A DNA stretch of 62,000 nt from Wallemia ichthyophaga EXF-994 (GCF_000400465.1 NW_008806282.1:360001-422000), one strand, 5' to 3'; positions 48,527-61,300 are shown, numbered from the stretch's first letter. Translations and numbers: made by a program. Notes: generated by a model from the letters alone, not told the origin.

Positions 48527-49573
48527 ATGAGATTAGCCACACGGATTAGATTGATGAGGTCATTTAAATTCAATGGCTGCACTGGCTGTACTGGCAGGAG
48601 GGGATTTGCGCAGGCTATTGACGGATATCGCATTCCATCGCAGCGCACTTGGAAGGAGGAGATACATTCAGCGCTACAGGCACACAAGGCACACTCCGCA
48701 CACTCCGCACACTCAAACTGCACGCCACTCGCCGCTCTTCTCGCACAGCTCCATCGCCGCCAACTGAGAGATCTCCGCGTCGGCCTCAGTTACGAGAGCA
48801 CACCGGAGAGCGGCCGAGCAGTGCGCACGACACAGACGCCCACCAACGAGGTCCTCCTCGTCGCCCACGCAGCCCCGCCAAACCGTTTGTCTCTCTCTGG
48901 CGGTTTCGCGGTGGCCTGCAACGGCGATGACGAGCAGCCGCTGGTTGTGAGCTGCGTGCACACTCTGAGTGGTGGTATCGGGAGTGTGAGCCTGAGTGAG
49001 CCAAATAGCGCAAGTGCTCGCGCGAATGGAAACGGAAACGACAGCGCCACTCTCCTGATAAGCTGCGCGGGGGGGAGGATAACGGACATACGATACGCAG
49101 AGGCAGTGCACTCGAGCCAGCCCCAGAGCGATCTCGTCTACTACAAGCCCTCTGCGAGTATTATTGGAGGCGTATCCGGCGTATCCGGCGTATCCAGCGC
49201 ACACAGCGCACCGCTGCGAACACTCCCCATCAACCCCTACCCGCCCCCGCCAGGGACAGAGGTGGCGGTGTGGAGGCCTCCGGCGACGCCCGGAGACACA
49301 CCCGCGTGGACACACGGCTCTATCCACCGCTATACCACGCCCAACGGAAAAATGGCACAGGCTGGCACGTACGACCACCTCGCGAATGTCGAAATCGACG
49401 GCGTACTGCCAGAACTAGGTGCTAGCGGATCGCCTGTGGTGGAGCGAGAGTCTGGGGCAGTGTGCGCTGTCGTTAGAGGATCCGTGGGTGGATTGAGCGG
49501 GGCTAAAACTTGGGGTACGCCTGCAGAACATCTGTGGGAGTGCTTTGACCTCCCTGGGATGCCAGTGGGATGA
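48527..49573 (+). CDS. Trypsin-like (PA clan) peptidase-domain protein with predicted mitochondrial presequence
   Basis: [13 protein letters not shown] (His), QSDL (Asp), LGASGSPVV (Ser). N-terminus [13 protein letters not shown]...RRGFA. Confidence 0.65.
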   Translation: MRLATRIRLMRSFKFNGCTGCTGRRGFAQAIDGYRIPSQRTWKEEIHSALQAHKAHSAHSAHSNCTPLAALLAQLHRRQLRDLRVGLSYESTPESGRAVRTTQTPTNEVLLVAHAAPPNRLSLSGGFAVACNGDDEQPLVVSCVHTLSGGIGSVSLSEPNSASARANGNGNDSATLLISCAGGRITDIRYAEAVHSSQPQSDLVYYKPSASIIGGVSGVSGVSSAHSAPLRTLPINPYPPPPGTEVAVWRPPATPGDTPAWTHGSIHRYTTPNGKMAQAGTYDHLANVEIDGVLPELGASGSPVVERESGAVCAVVRGSVGGLSGAKTWGTPAEHLWECFDLPGMPVG

Positions 49574-49771
49574 CAAAAGAGGGTATTCATGTGTGTATAA
49601 TCTATTTTCTTTGTTTGTTTGTGTGTTTTGCTTGTAGCCACGCGACTAGGAACGAGGGTATTCGAGAACCAGCTGTTAGGCTTTAGACTACTTGAATACA
49701 CCGACAGCCTTGAAATCAAGTAGCTGGCTTTGTCTTTCGGACCTCAACCACCAAGACGAAGCAGTCCGCAG

Positions 49772-50797
49772 ATGAACAACGCACCCACCAGCGACCACAA
49801 GCTGCGCGCCGTCGTACGCAAGTTGCCGCCAAACTTACCAGAGGACGTATTCTACTCGGCCGTCCAGGCGTGGGTGAACGGCGAGACCACAGCGCACTCC
49901 TACTACGCCAAAGGGAAACTGCGCGGGGCAGACTCGAGCAAAGAAAGCGTAGCATCGAGAGCATACATCACCTTCAACGAGCACACGCAGCTCCTCAACT
50001 TCCACGCAGCATTCGACGGACACACTTTCCGCGACAAGCAGGGACGCGAGAGCAAGGTGTCTGTCGAGTACGCCCCTTTCCAGAAAACACCGGCAGCGCG
50101 ACACAAAGTCGACGACAGACAGGGCACGATTGACCAAGACGGTGACTTCCTCTCGTTTCTCCAGTCCCTACAGGCCACACCGACTAAACCTGATTTCGAG
50201 GCTAATTGGATAGCGTCGCGAGCTGCTGAGAAACCTAAGACTACACCACTACTCCTTCACCTCGCACAGCGCAAGGAGAAGTCAAAGGCGAAGCGCGATA
50301 AGGCGCGTCAGAAGCAGCAGCGAAAGGCTGCCGAGAGAGGGGGTAGTGGCACTGGCGCTGGCGTTGGTGGCAGTAGTGGCAACGGTAGTAATGCACCACC
50401 TACCAAGTCTCCTGCTGACCCCTCCTCCTCAGCGTCGAAAACACCCGCTCAACCCAGAGGCAAGAAGACTAGGGGGGAAAAACGAGCAGCGAAGAAAGTA
50501 CGCGAGGGCATTTCGTCTCCAAGTACCCCGAAGAGTACTCCAGGCACTCCAGGCACTCCAAGTACCCCTCCTATCAAGATTCTCGCTCGTCCAGACGCGC
50601 CTGATAAGCCAGCCGTGGCACCTTCTGCCCCTCCTGCATCTGTCACTAACAGTAATAATAACTCTCACACTCAATCACCCACACTCGACGCTCCCAAAGG
50701 GCCAAGAGGCGGTAAGCCCCAGCGAGGTCGCCCTCCCCGCTCGCCGCGTGGTAGAGGCAGAGGTAGAGGTGGCAAGCAGGCAGCTACGCCGACGTGA
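49772..50797 (+). CDS. UPF3: NMD factor Upf3
   Basis: KLRAVVRKLPPNLPED.F, SRAYITF, FDGHTFRDKQG, VEYAPFQK, GTIDQDGDFLSFL. Confidence 0.93.
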   Translation: MNNAPTSDHKLRAVVRKLPPNLPEDVFYSAVQAWVNGETTAHSYYAKGKLRGADSSKESVASRAYITFNEHTQLLNFHAAFDGHTFRDKQGRESKVSVEYAPFQKTPAARHKVDDRQGTIDQDGDFLSFLQSLQATPTKPDFEANWIASRAAEKPKTTPLLLHLAQRKEKSKAKRDKARQKQQRKAAERGGSGTGAGVGGSSGNGSNAPPTKSPADPSSSASKTPAQPRGKKTRGEKRAAKKVREGISSPSTPKSTPGTPGTPSTPPIKILARPDAPDKPAVAPSAPPASVTNSNNNSHTQSPTLDAPKGPRGGKPQRGRPPRSPRGRGRGRGGKQAATPT

Positions 50798-50978
50798 GGC
50801 ATGCAATGGATGTGATTAGTGATTGGTGATTGCTGGATGATTATGTTTAGATGAAAATTTGCAATATTGATACATTGATCTTTTCAAAAGTGGTTTGAGC
50901 TGGTTAGTTGGTGAGGTCAACTCAATGAACAGGCTGGTTGTGTGCAAATACTTCTACTGTCATTTGGAATATCGCGCA

Positions 50979-50988
50979 ATGACGTCAT
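50979..50988. promoter_or_regulatory. Perfect CRE/ATF palindrome ATGACGTCAT
   Basis: 10-nt palindrome ~55 nt upstream of the MDR dehydrogenase ATG. Confidence 0.5.
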
Positions 50989-51043
50989 TCTGAATCGACT
51001 GACTAATCTAGCTGATGCGCCCCCTTGACACGCAACTACGAAG

Positions 51044-52224
51044 ATGACTGCCCTACCAATCCAAACCAAGAACGTTGTACTCGGCGACTCCTCTGCTAAG
51101 CCGGGTCTTTCTACGTGGTATGATATTCACATTGAGGATCGCACTATCAATCAAGTGAAGCCACACGAGGCTGTTCTTAAAGTAAACGCTGTGGGATTCA
51201 ACCACCGCGACAAATGGATCCGCAACGGCCTCTACCCGGAGACAGAAGGTGGTCAAACAATGGGATCGGATGCAGCTGGTGTGGTTATAGCCGATGGGGA
51301 AGGCGAGAAGAGTGCTCTAATCGGACAGCGCTACTTCATCAACCCATCCCGCGGCTGGTGAGTAGGATACACGCTGACTTGTCAAGCCTAATACACGCAG
51401 GTTCTCCAACAAGAAACACAGCGAGGAGCGCTTCATTCTGCCTGGCGGTTGCAAAGATGCAGACGGAGTGTTTGCGACGGCTGTGAAGGTCGACAAGAAA
51501 TACCTCATCCCAACTCCCGCCCACCTCACCGACGAGCAGGCAGCTGCTTGGCCATTGGCCGCCGTCACCGCGTGGAGGGCGACATTCGTCAAAGCTGAGG
51601 TCGAGAAAGGTGACAATGTCCTCATTACAGGTATTGGCGGTGGAGTTGCGTTGCAGGCCTTGCAATTCGCAGTCGCCAAGGGCGCAAACGCTTACGTCAC
51701 CTCGAGCTCCCCCGATAAGCTGACGAGAGCCGTGAAGGAATTCGGAGCGAAAGGCGGCGCTAATTACAAAGATGCAGATTGGCCAGCTCAGTTGAAAAAA
51801 CAGATGCCTGCTGAACACGCCTATCTCGACGCTGTTGTCGATTCCGCTGGTGGTGATATAGTCGCTAAAGTGGGTACGTCTTGGCGGTGATTAACTCGCA
51901 CTAACATCACTTGCTCAACAGGTCAACCCCATCCTCCAGCCTGGCTCGTCTATCGCCATCTACGGCATGGCTGCTAGCTCTCCCAAAACCACTATCACCA
52001 TGATGGACGTCATCAAGAACTTTAACCTCAAAGGCAGCACTATTGGAAGCTTGGATGAGCTCAAGCAGGCAACCGAGTTTATGTCAGCTCACAAACTCGT
52101 TCCAGTCGTCGACCACCCAGTCATCAACGGTCTCGAGAATGCTGAAGAGGGTTTCCAGAGACTCGCAAATGGCTCGCAAATGGGCAACGTCGTCATTAAT
52201 GTCGGTATGTCATCCAAGTTATAA
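51044..52224 (+). CDS. MDR-family NAD(P)H quinone oxidoreductase/zinc-binding dehydrogenase-like protein (3 exons)
   Basis: AVGFNHRD, GSDAAGVV, AAWPLAAVTAWRA, LITGIGGGVA, GSTIGS, QMGNVV. Confidence 0.9.
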
Positions 52225-52285
52225 ATGAATTGACTTGCAAACGCTGTATGGCAAATACAATATAAATACGAAAATATACATTATT

Positions 52286-53533
52286 TTACCGCTTGTACGG
52301 AGGGTGTGTGGGTATCTTCTTGTGCATCTTAGGTCCTAATGCTAGTAGGGAGTTTGAAGGTATAGCGGAGTGAGTGGGTTGTTTAAGTGTGTTGCGCGAT
52401 ATCGACAAAACCTTGGGACCTTTTTTAGGTCCTGATACTGGTCCCTGAGTAACGCCAGCCCCCGTAGCACGCTTCTTCACTGCGAATGAGGGTAAGGGTT
52501 CGTCGAGAGCGAGATCGACGTCGTCGTCGGGTGGTAGAATGAGCACGTCATCTGACTTGCGTTTGTTGGTGCGTTTCAATTTGTTTTGTGCAATGGGAGA
52601 TTCTACTTCTGCGTCGCTCGAATCGATGTGGATGGCTTTAGATGTGCAAGTGCTTGGTGTGACATTGTTTGAAGCGCTATCACTGCCACCTTTCTCACCC
52701 CCGTTACCCCTCTCATCTTTCTTTTTCTGCAATTTGTCGTATTTCCTCTTCCATTCCGTGATATTACTCTTGAATCTATTCTGTGCTGTCTCACTATCGC
52801 TGAGCAAACCACGTAGTCTGCTCTCATTTCTCTCCATCTGCGCCAGTCTATCATCCTTCATTGTGATATGTAAGCTGTGATCTTTCTTAACTTTGGCGTT
52901 ATCAGCCAGAGATTTCTCGTAGCTGTGGCGGAGGTGTACCTCCTCAGCGGAGATTCTAGCCAGCTGTTTAGTGTGATCGAGTTTAAGTTTCCCTATTTCC
53001 TTTTTCTTGTGTGCGTCGAATGTGGCTAGTAGATCACTAAGCGACGCTATCTTATCGTTCAACTCAGCTACCGTCCTGCTCTGATCAAGACGCTCATTCA
53101 AACCTCTAAGTTCTTTTGAGAGAATCCTGAGTAACTTTGCTGTATTTTCATCGTTTATATCGCATCCACTGACGATCTGCAGAATATCTTCGAATATCAC
53201 TCTTAGACTGCCTTGATCGCGTTTGAGAGTGAGTGAGTGGATCTTGCGTGATATATCCAAGAGCTTCTCCACTTTCACATCCCTGCTTTCATCGCTATCG
53301 CCGAGGTGGAGCTTTATGAGGTCGTGTTGGGTGTGAATGGCGTATCGACACGCTGGACAGTGTTTATTGGAGTGAGTGTGTTGCAACCACTTCTGTATGC
53401 ATATCAAGTGGAATACGTGTCCTGTTTTTGTCCTGTGAGCTTGTTCTGCCTACTATCATCGCTACTACACACCACATTTCACTGCTGCTGTTGTTCCACT
53501 TGATAAACTATCGAAGCATATTGAGCAGTCCAT
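52286..53533 (-). CDS. N-terminal RING finger + coiled-coil E3 ligase (TRAIP-like architecture)
   Basis: Splicing over intron ~53422-53472 gives MDCSICFDSLSSGTTAAVKCGHVFHLICIQKWLQHTHSNKHCPACR, followed by a heptad-rich region. Confidence 0.85.
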
Positions 53534-53688
53534 TAGTTGGTTGTTGTGAGCCGTTCGGCTGCTAATGACGTCGTCTGTTCAACCTTTGAACGGGAATGGA
53601 ATGCAGAATTTTCACTTTTATTTGTTGCTTTCACTTTTTACATTTGTGTTTATAGCAGCGTACATAATGTATTTAAACCTCTTTGTCG

Positions 53689-53856
53689 ACGCGTCTTTGT
53701 TATTTGGATCGAGTGAATGAAACGCGAGGTTGAGTTACGAAACGCGAAATGGATCAATTGGCTGTGTGGATTCTTTGCCCATAACGCCCTCACCCCCAAT
53801 TACTTGAAATGCCTCGCAGCTTTCCAACAACAGGACAAAGCAGCAAAACGCGAAAA
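53689..53856. promoter_or_regulatory. Cluster of MCB/SCB-like ACGCG elements
   Basis: ACGCGT 53689, ACGCGA 53722, ACGCGAAA 53742, ACGCGAAAA 53848, all upstream of the RING gene ATG (53533). Confidence 0.5.
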
Positions 53857-54196
53857 TAATCTATTTAGAGCGCTTGATAGGGGTGCATGGAGTGGCAAAT
53901 CATGCTCATGCGCACACATACGTACTCATAACGCCCAATATATCCAAACACGAATTAGGTCAGTTGAGTGCATCGCACATATCGACCAATATCCTCATCA
54001 CACCAAACAAACAACGCAGTACACACACACACACCACAGCTGACCTCCATTGCCCTATGCACCGCGTCAAACGAGTCGAAGAAATGGAACATGAGACATT
54101 CGACATGAAACATGCATAAAATAAATTGCTTTTAACTTGATTTAGTTAGTTGATTTTGGTCACTTGAGTTACCGCCTTAACACCACATCAACCCAC

Positions 54197-55412
54197 TTAA
54201 TTCAACACACGTGCCAACTTTTGCACGGAATTGAGGAGGTTATCGCCCCCAGCTACGACACCTTGATAGCTACCCACACGGGCATCTTTGCGACTGCTGA
54301 CGACAACATTGGCCACGCTATCGAGTGTGCAGTTGAGACGACCGGCCGGGATAAGAGAGGAGAATTCCTTGTGAACGAAAGCGTCACTCACGCCGAAAGT
54401 GTTAGCGAGGTGAGAGATGTTGAGTGATTTGTACGACTCCAGTAATTGTCCATAAGCTCTAATACGTATTTCGCGCGAGTAGAACCGCGCATGACCACTC
54501 CAGTACCGAGAAGGAAGAAGATAGGTCTCCTCAACCCCCGCAAGCGATTTGAAGAGAAGGGCGTAGTTGCAATCGTATAAACTGTTAGCGAGATTCTTAA
54601 TCAAGGCGTTGTTGTGCATCAATCCAACTACCTCCGGACTCTCTATAATGCGCTGCTTTAATTGCACTCTGTCCAATGTAAGGAGGGATACTATGACGGT
54701 GTAGATGATAAATTCGTCATACTCGAGAAGCTCGTAAGAGGTGAAAGTGGAGAGAGTATCGAGGAATTGAGTGGTGGCTTTGTGGAAATCGCGCACCATG
54801 AGCGCATAAAGACCAACGTAGACTTTAAGACGATTACGTCTATCCCAGTCACCGCCTTGGTCAACGAGGGTTTGAGCAGCGGCGATGTGCTGGGTGATCA
54901 GACGGTGATCGTTGGTGAAAAGCCCCAGTCTGATAAGAAGCAGATTAAGATCAATCTTGTGACCGATACCGGCTGTTTTGTTGATTGCCTCGGTGATGGC
55001 TGGAATGGAAGCTGGTTTATCGCCAATACGCACGTAATGAACAGCGAGCTTGCGGAGGTTATCGCTGATTTCAGACTCGCCTTCTTCAGCTTGAGCTTTG
55101 GTGATAGCGTGGTGAATTTCATCGACTGTGCTTTGGTTGCGTGGCTGGTGGGTGCTTACGAGTGCGTCTTTCTCGCTCTGTGGGAGGATGGAGGATGGGA
55201 GAGAGGCAGCAAAAGGGGCCATTTCTGGGAGTTCGAGTGAGTATTGTGAATAAGCCACAGGAAATCAACTCACCGTCCCTATTTATCGCCTCAATCAGCG
55301 TCTTACGCGTAGAGTCATGGATATGGGCTAGAGATGGCTGCTGAAGTACAAATACACACTGCGCAAGCGCCAGATTTGGTATCGCAGGTACAGCGTCGTT
55401 ATCTAAAGACAT
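54197..55412 (-). CDS. RPN7: 26S proteasome lid subunit Rpn7
   Basis: IPNLALAQ, GGDWDRRNRLKVY, FLDTLSTFTSYEL, REIRIRAYGQLLESY, PCI domain. ATG 55412, intron ~55227-55275. Confidence 0.96.
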
Positions 55413-55539
55413 GATGGGTGATGACGATGGGGAATTGGTTGTAAGGTGTGTCATGGCAGGGAACATATAAATTCCTTTAAAACCTTTGAAAACACTTAAA
55501 AACACCTGAAATACATTTTATCAAATACAAATACATCCC

Positions 55540-56809
55540 TTACCCACTCGATCCATCCAATGAAATTTTCTCATTCTTAGCATGTGTATCACTAAGGACA
55601 TCACTGTCTCCACCGACATCGCACAACGTCAGCGTTGCTCTTTCACCTATCTTGACCCTCGTACAGACGATACAGTTGTCCAACTTTGCGCCATCTCTGA
55701 TTACCACGTTATCCGCGATGATACTGCCGATAATCTTACACCCCTTCCCAATAACGACATTGTTGCCAATAATGCTCATCTTGATTAAAGACTTTTCACC
55801 AATTTTAACGTTGTCTGCGGTAATCACACTTTTTGCTGGCTTTTGCGTACGAAGAATCTCTCTATTCAGTTCAGCATAGGTACCGAGAGTATTTGCGCGA
55901 GCTATTAAGCCATCGTTGGGATTGTGGATGAAATACTGCACGCGTAGGCGATGTTCTGGGGAATTTGAACAAGACTGAGTTGTGGAGTGAGTGAGTGCAT
56001 CGATAAATGGGTCCTGTGCAAGATGAAGGAGATGTGACCACTTATCACCTAGGCCTTTCTGATAGCTCCACTTGCAGAGCCATGGAAGCAGATCTTCTCT
56101 GATACTCGATATCTGTGGTCTCTGTATGAGTAAATCTAAGACACCCTTCCTTACAATGTAAACGTGAGCATCGAGGAGTTTAGTGGAGAGAGACAGATTA
56201 GGGAACTCCCAGAGCAATCTAGTCTTCAAATCGACACCATCTAAAGAGTCACTTGGTGGAATTAGTAGTGTGTTTGAAGATTTGTCGTGGATACAGGTGA
56301 AAGGAGCAGGACCTTCACGAGTACCGTAATCCAAGTGGTTATAGTATAACAAACAAGTGATTAGAGTGTTGTAATGAGATGTTTTGTGTTGTTGTAAAAG
56401 AGAAGACAGAGGTAAAGAGGGTGGAGGAATGATATCGCAAGGGAGAATGATGAAATCGGAGTTTATGAGGTGAGCAAAGTGCCTTAACCAATCAGCAGTC
56501 TCCCAGTTGACGCAGGTGTCGTCGTCTACGGAGTTGTAGTGGACAGAATGCGATTTGAGAAGAGGAGTGAGTTGATTAGAGAAAGAAGCCGGCGAAAGGA
56601 CAAGGAGATCGTTGAGCTGTGACTGATGGCACCATTCAATCACGTAGCTTATAACTGCTTTGTTTCCAACGCTAACGACGGGCTTTGGGGTTGATTCAGT
56701 GAGAGGGAAGAGTCTGGAGTGGCTGATTAGAATGTTAATAGCCACTCTAATTCACCACCCACTTCTGCCCAAATCCACACACAATAATCCCCTTGAATTG
56801 ATTTGACAT
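55540..56809 (-). CDS. GCD1: eIF2B gamma subunit
   Basis: MSNQFKGIIVCGFG, intron, LFPL...PK..VSVGNK, DFIILPCD, LLDAHVY, C-terminal left-handed beta-helix (IGEKSLIKMSIIGNNVVIG). Confidence 0.88.
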
Positions 56810-56834
56810 TTTTCTTGTTTCTTCTAACGTTAGA

Positions 56835-59582
56835 ATGCAACAGCCAGGATTAAAATTATCGTGAGTTTGTTTATTATTTACTGACAACGACGCTTATAAA
56901 TTTGTAGCTTCTCCCCTTCAAAAACATTCAAACCCATCCACACCCAGGGTTCTGTTGATGTTAGTAGCGATGGCTGTTATCTGGCCACTACGCTAAACAC
57001 GCAGGCTATTGTTTATAACCTCAGCACTAGTAATCTGATAGCAAAATCTAATTCTGATGGAAATCACATTTCTACTCTCTGCTGGGCGGGTCAATTGCTT
57101 ATAACGACTACAACCAACGCAATCACTATCCACTCACTGCACAACAACTCACTTTCACCCACTCGCATCATCAACAAACCCCACGACTCCCCTATCCTCG
57201 TCTCCTCCGTTGAATCCTCCTCCAACGCCTTCCTCGCTACTGGCTCTGCAGACGGCGTCGTTAAGGTTTGGGATATCCACAGAGGCTACACCACCCACAT
57301 CTTCAAAGGCCACGCTGGTCCTGTCTCTGCTCTCTGCTGGCGTCGTCAAGGCTCTTCTTTCCAGCTCATCACGGGCTCTACAGACACGCACATACGAATC
57401 TGGGATTTGAACCACCCAAACCACAACAAACCAAAGCACATTCTACAAGGCCATGTTTCTATTGTCCGTGGTTTGTCTCTCCTCGACAACAACACCCTTC
57501 TCTCCGGCGCTAGAGACCGCGTTGTACTCAAATGGGACATTTCATCCACACCCAAGCTAATGCGCACCTTCCCCACACTCAACGCCATTGAAGCCGTAGG
57601 TGTATTCCCCTCAAAAGACGCCTTCTTCACTGCTGGTGAGGCTGGTTTAAAGTCGTATAATGTTGTCTCAGGCGAGCAGCAGCACGACTACGGTGGCGGA
57701 GTAGTCAAGTCGACACGAGTCGACAGCAACGACGATGACGATGATGGTACTGGTGGGCTAGCTACTGCGCACCTGGTCAATATACAATCAACCCCGCACA
57801 TCATGTCGGTGGGGCACGACCAGCTAATCTCCTTCCACCCCCTTTCTTCCACTCCAGCTCCCCCTAGACACATCATTGGCTATCCCGACCAGATTATTGC
57901 CGCCGTCTATGTCTCCCCCACCGACATCGCCATCGCGACCAACGCGCCGCAGATCTTCATCCTCAACAAACACACTCTCCCGTACACGCAGCAGATTCTT
58001 ACCGGACACACAGACACAGTCCTTAGCTTAAAGGCGCTGCCGCAGCGTGGATTGCTCGTTAGTGGGAGCAAAGACGGCAGTGTGCGCGTATGGAAGAGGT
58101 ATGCTGCCCAATTCCACTGTGTAGCTATAGCGAGTGGACACGGGGAATCGGTGGGTGCAGTGGCCATATCGCCCTGTGCGCGCTACCTGATCTCCGCAAC
58201 GCAAGACCGAATCATCAAGCTGTGGGATCTGAGTGTGTTAGGTGGGGTAGTAGATGAGGTTAAGGAAGATGAGGGTGATAGTGCTGCGCCAACTTCAACA
58301 ACCAACCCACATCTCCTCTCCTCATACACCACGCAGCGGATCCACGAGAAAGACATCAACGCACTCGATATCTCCCCCGACAGTCGCTATCTTGCAACAG
58401 GATCCCAAGACCGTACAGCGAAATTGTTTGAGGTGACATTCGACCCGAGAGGGCAACGCGCGAGTGTGAATCTACGCGCTACACTCAAGGCACATAAGCG
58501 CGGTGTATGGGGGGTGCGATTTTCGCCCTATGACCGCCTTTTTGCTACTGCGGGCGGTGATCGCGCCGTTAAGGTTTGGTCACTACGCGATTTCTCCTGC
58601 ATCAAGACACTTGAAGGACACACTAACAGTGTCTTGGATTTGGCCTTCTTGAGTAACGGCCAACAGATGCTCACTGCTGCCGCTGACGGCTTGCTTAAAC
58701 TGTGGAACCTCCACACAGAGCAGTGTGTAGCGACGCTCGATGGACATGAGGATAAGGTGGGTGGGGTTGTGTAAAGCGGGTGATGTTATCACTCTCAGTC
58801 TCACTGTAAACTCACACTCACTTCAGGTTTGGGCACTCGACATCAGCCCCGATTCGACAGAGTGCGTATCGGGTGGGGGTGACAGTTTGCTGACTTTCTG
58901 GGACGACGCCACGGAGACAGTCGAGGAAAGCCACGCGGCCGAGCGCGAAGAGGGTGTAATTCAGACGGAGACACTTGCCAACCTTGTCGCTGTGAAGGAC
59001 TACCAGAAAGCCATCTCACTCGCTATCAGCATGGACCAGCCGCGCAGGTTGTATCAGCTTTTCGAGACAGTGTGGCGGGAGGTAGGAGCGCGTGGCGAAA
59101 CGAAAAATAGCTCCACTCTCGGCAGCAGCGTTGACGGCGCAGTGGGCGCACTTGACGCACACGACCTTCGCAGACTACTGCTGCATGTGCGCACATGGAA
59201 CGCTCACAATCGCTCATCTGCCGTTGCACAGGTGGTGTTGCACGTCGTGCTTAGGACGCACTCGGGTGCGGATATTCGCACGGCTTTTGACGTCGCAAGG
59301 AAGGAGGATGAGCAAAAGGGCCGCGATCCAGGGTACGATGCAGCTGGCGAGTTTGTCCCTCATACCGTTCCTACTACCCTCGGCGGCGAGAAGAAGGCGG
59401 CTGAGGAACACGCATCGCTCAAGGAGATCATCGAGGGCCTCCTCCCCTACACTCAGAGACACCTCTCTCGCGCTGACAAACTCGTCACTGAGAGCTACGT
59501 CGTCGATTTCATTCTGCAGGAAATGGATGATGGGTTGGGGGATGTTGCGGATGTGGATGTGGGTGAGATGGATGTGGATTAG
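56835..59582 (+). CDS. UTP13: SSU processome WD40 protein Utp13/TBL3 (3 exons)
   Basis: Many WD40 repeats (LATGSADG.VKVWD, HEKDINALDISP, HKRGVWGVRFSP) and the C-terminal Utp13 domain (PYTQRHLSR..KL..ESYVVDFIL..MD). Confidence 0.95.
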
Positions 59583-59879
59583 TCAGACATTACATTGGAA
59601 TGGTTATATAGATATATTTATTGCACATATCAAGTTTAAAGGGTATAATTCTTCATTACAATTGCTGCTACACGCGTGTTTTTTTTTTCTTTTTTTCTCA
59701 AATTGTACATCAAGAGAAGGCTTATACCAAGAAGAAAAATGCTATATCTTCACCTCAGACAATCCGAGTAGATGGAATTCGAATTGCAAGTGTAAAAGTC
59801 TGATTTAAAAGGAATATCATTTATTTAAGGTACAATGTTGATGCAGTTGGTTCTACAAATACAGGTGATGGGTGATAGC

Positions 59880-60302
59880 TTAAAGGTCTTGCGAGTCGAT
59901 GCCCTCGCCCTTCTTGGTCTTGGATGGGAGGAGTTCCGTGTGGATGTTTGGAATAACACCGCCTTGTGAGATGGTTACATGGCCAAGGAGCTTGTTGAGC
60001 TCATCGTCGTTTCTGATGGCCAATTGCAAGTGACGAGGGATGATACGCGATTTCTTGTTGTCGCGTGCAGCGTTACCAGCCAACTCGAGGATTTCTGCAG
60101 CGAGGTATTCCAACACAGCAGCCAAGTAGACAGGGGCACCAGCACCGATACGTTGGGCGTAGTTGCCATTCTTCAAGTGTCTGTGGATACGTCCGACTGG
60201 GAATTGGAGACCGGCCTTTGAGGAACGGGAGCGACCTCCGTCGATTGCGCCTGCCTTGCCGCCAGATTTACCGCCAGATTTGCCGCCGACTTGTTGAGAC
60301 AT
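59880..60302 (-). CDS. HTA: Histone H2A with C-terminal SQ (gamma-H2A) site
   Basis: [17 protein letters not shown]...[16 protein letters not shown]...SQDL*. ATG 60302, no intron. Confidence 0.98.
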   Translation of the reverse strand: MSQQVGGKSGGKSGGKAGAIDGGRSRSSKAGLQFPVGRIHRHLKNGNYAQRIGAGAPVYLAAVLEYLAAEILELAGNAARDNKKSRIIPRHLQLAIRNDDELNKLLGHVTISQGGVIPNIHTELLPSKTKKGEGIDSQDL

Positions 60303-60675
60303 GTTTTGATTTAATAAGTTGAGTGTCGAGAGAAGAAGGGAGCTGTTGCAGTATTTATACTCCACCGAGGAAATCAAAATCGACACGCGCTTCTGATTTT
60401 GGAAATTGATGGTTTGATCTAGAGTGGGTAGCAGGTGGAGGAGTGCGCGTAAAACTCTGAAAAGCACATGAAAAAAATCCTCATAAATCTGGCTAAATTT
60501 TGGTGTGCTTTTTACCCACTGTTACCCCCTTGATCACGGAGATCACTCAACATCAGGCCGGATTTAGAATTGACAAGAATGTTGAATCGCGTGACGTGAA
60601 CAGTTTGGGCTTTGTATAAAATACGCGTTGACAATCCTGGTTAAATCCATCAACCATCTCATTTAATCCATAAAA

Positions 60676-61107
60676 ATGGCACCAAAATCAGCAGAAAAGA
60701 AGCCCGTCTCCACCGCTGGTAAAGCCCCAGCCTCTGCCACCAAGCAACCTCAAGAGGGTGGTAAGAAGACAGCTAAGGCTCCAAAGGCCGACGGGGGCGA
60801 CAAGAAAAAGTCGAACAAGTCCCGCAAGGAAACATACTCGTCGTATATCTACAAGGTCCTTAAGCAAGTCCACCCAGACACTGGTATTTCCAACAAAGCC
60901 ATGAGTGTCCTCAACTCGTTTGTCAACGACCTCTTCGAAAGAGTTGCTTCGGAAGCCTCCAAGCTCGCATCCTACAACAAGAAGTCTACCATCTCATCCA
61001 GAGAAATCCAAACCTCTGTCCGTCTTATCCTCCCTGGTGAACTTTCAAAGCACGCCATCTCCGAAGGTACCAAGTCCGTTACCAAGTTCTCCTCATCCAA
61101 GGCTTAA
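60676..61107 (+). CDS. HTB: Histone H2B (divergent from H2A)
   Basis: [23 protein letters not shown]...[17 protein letters not shown]. Confidence 0.98.
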   Translation: MAPKSAEKKPVSTAGKAPASATKQPQEGGKKTAKAPKADGGDKKKSNKSRKETYSSYIYKVLKQVHPDTGISNKAMSVLNSFVNDLFERVASEASKLASYNKKSTISSREIQTSVRLILPGELSKHAISEGTKSVTKFSSSKA

Positions 61108-61300
61108 GCGTCTTGTACACTTTTTGTATTTATAAATTGTATTCACTTATTGCTCTTACGCTATTGAACATGTTATTGTGAGACAATTAATGTCATTGGT
61201 AGAATTGGCATAGGTGACGGAATAGACTATTCAGCGTCCTTGTTGGTTTAAATAAGCATTCCCTTGATGTATTCAACCCTCAGTCAACTTGATTCAATCT

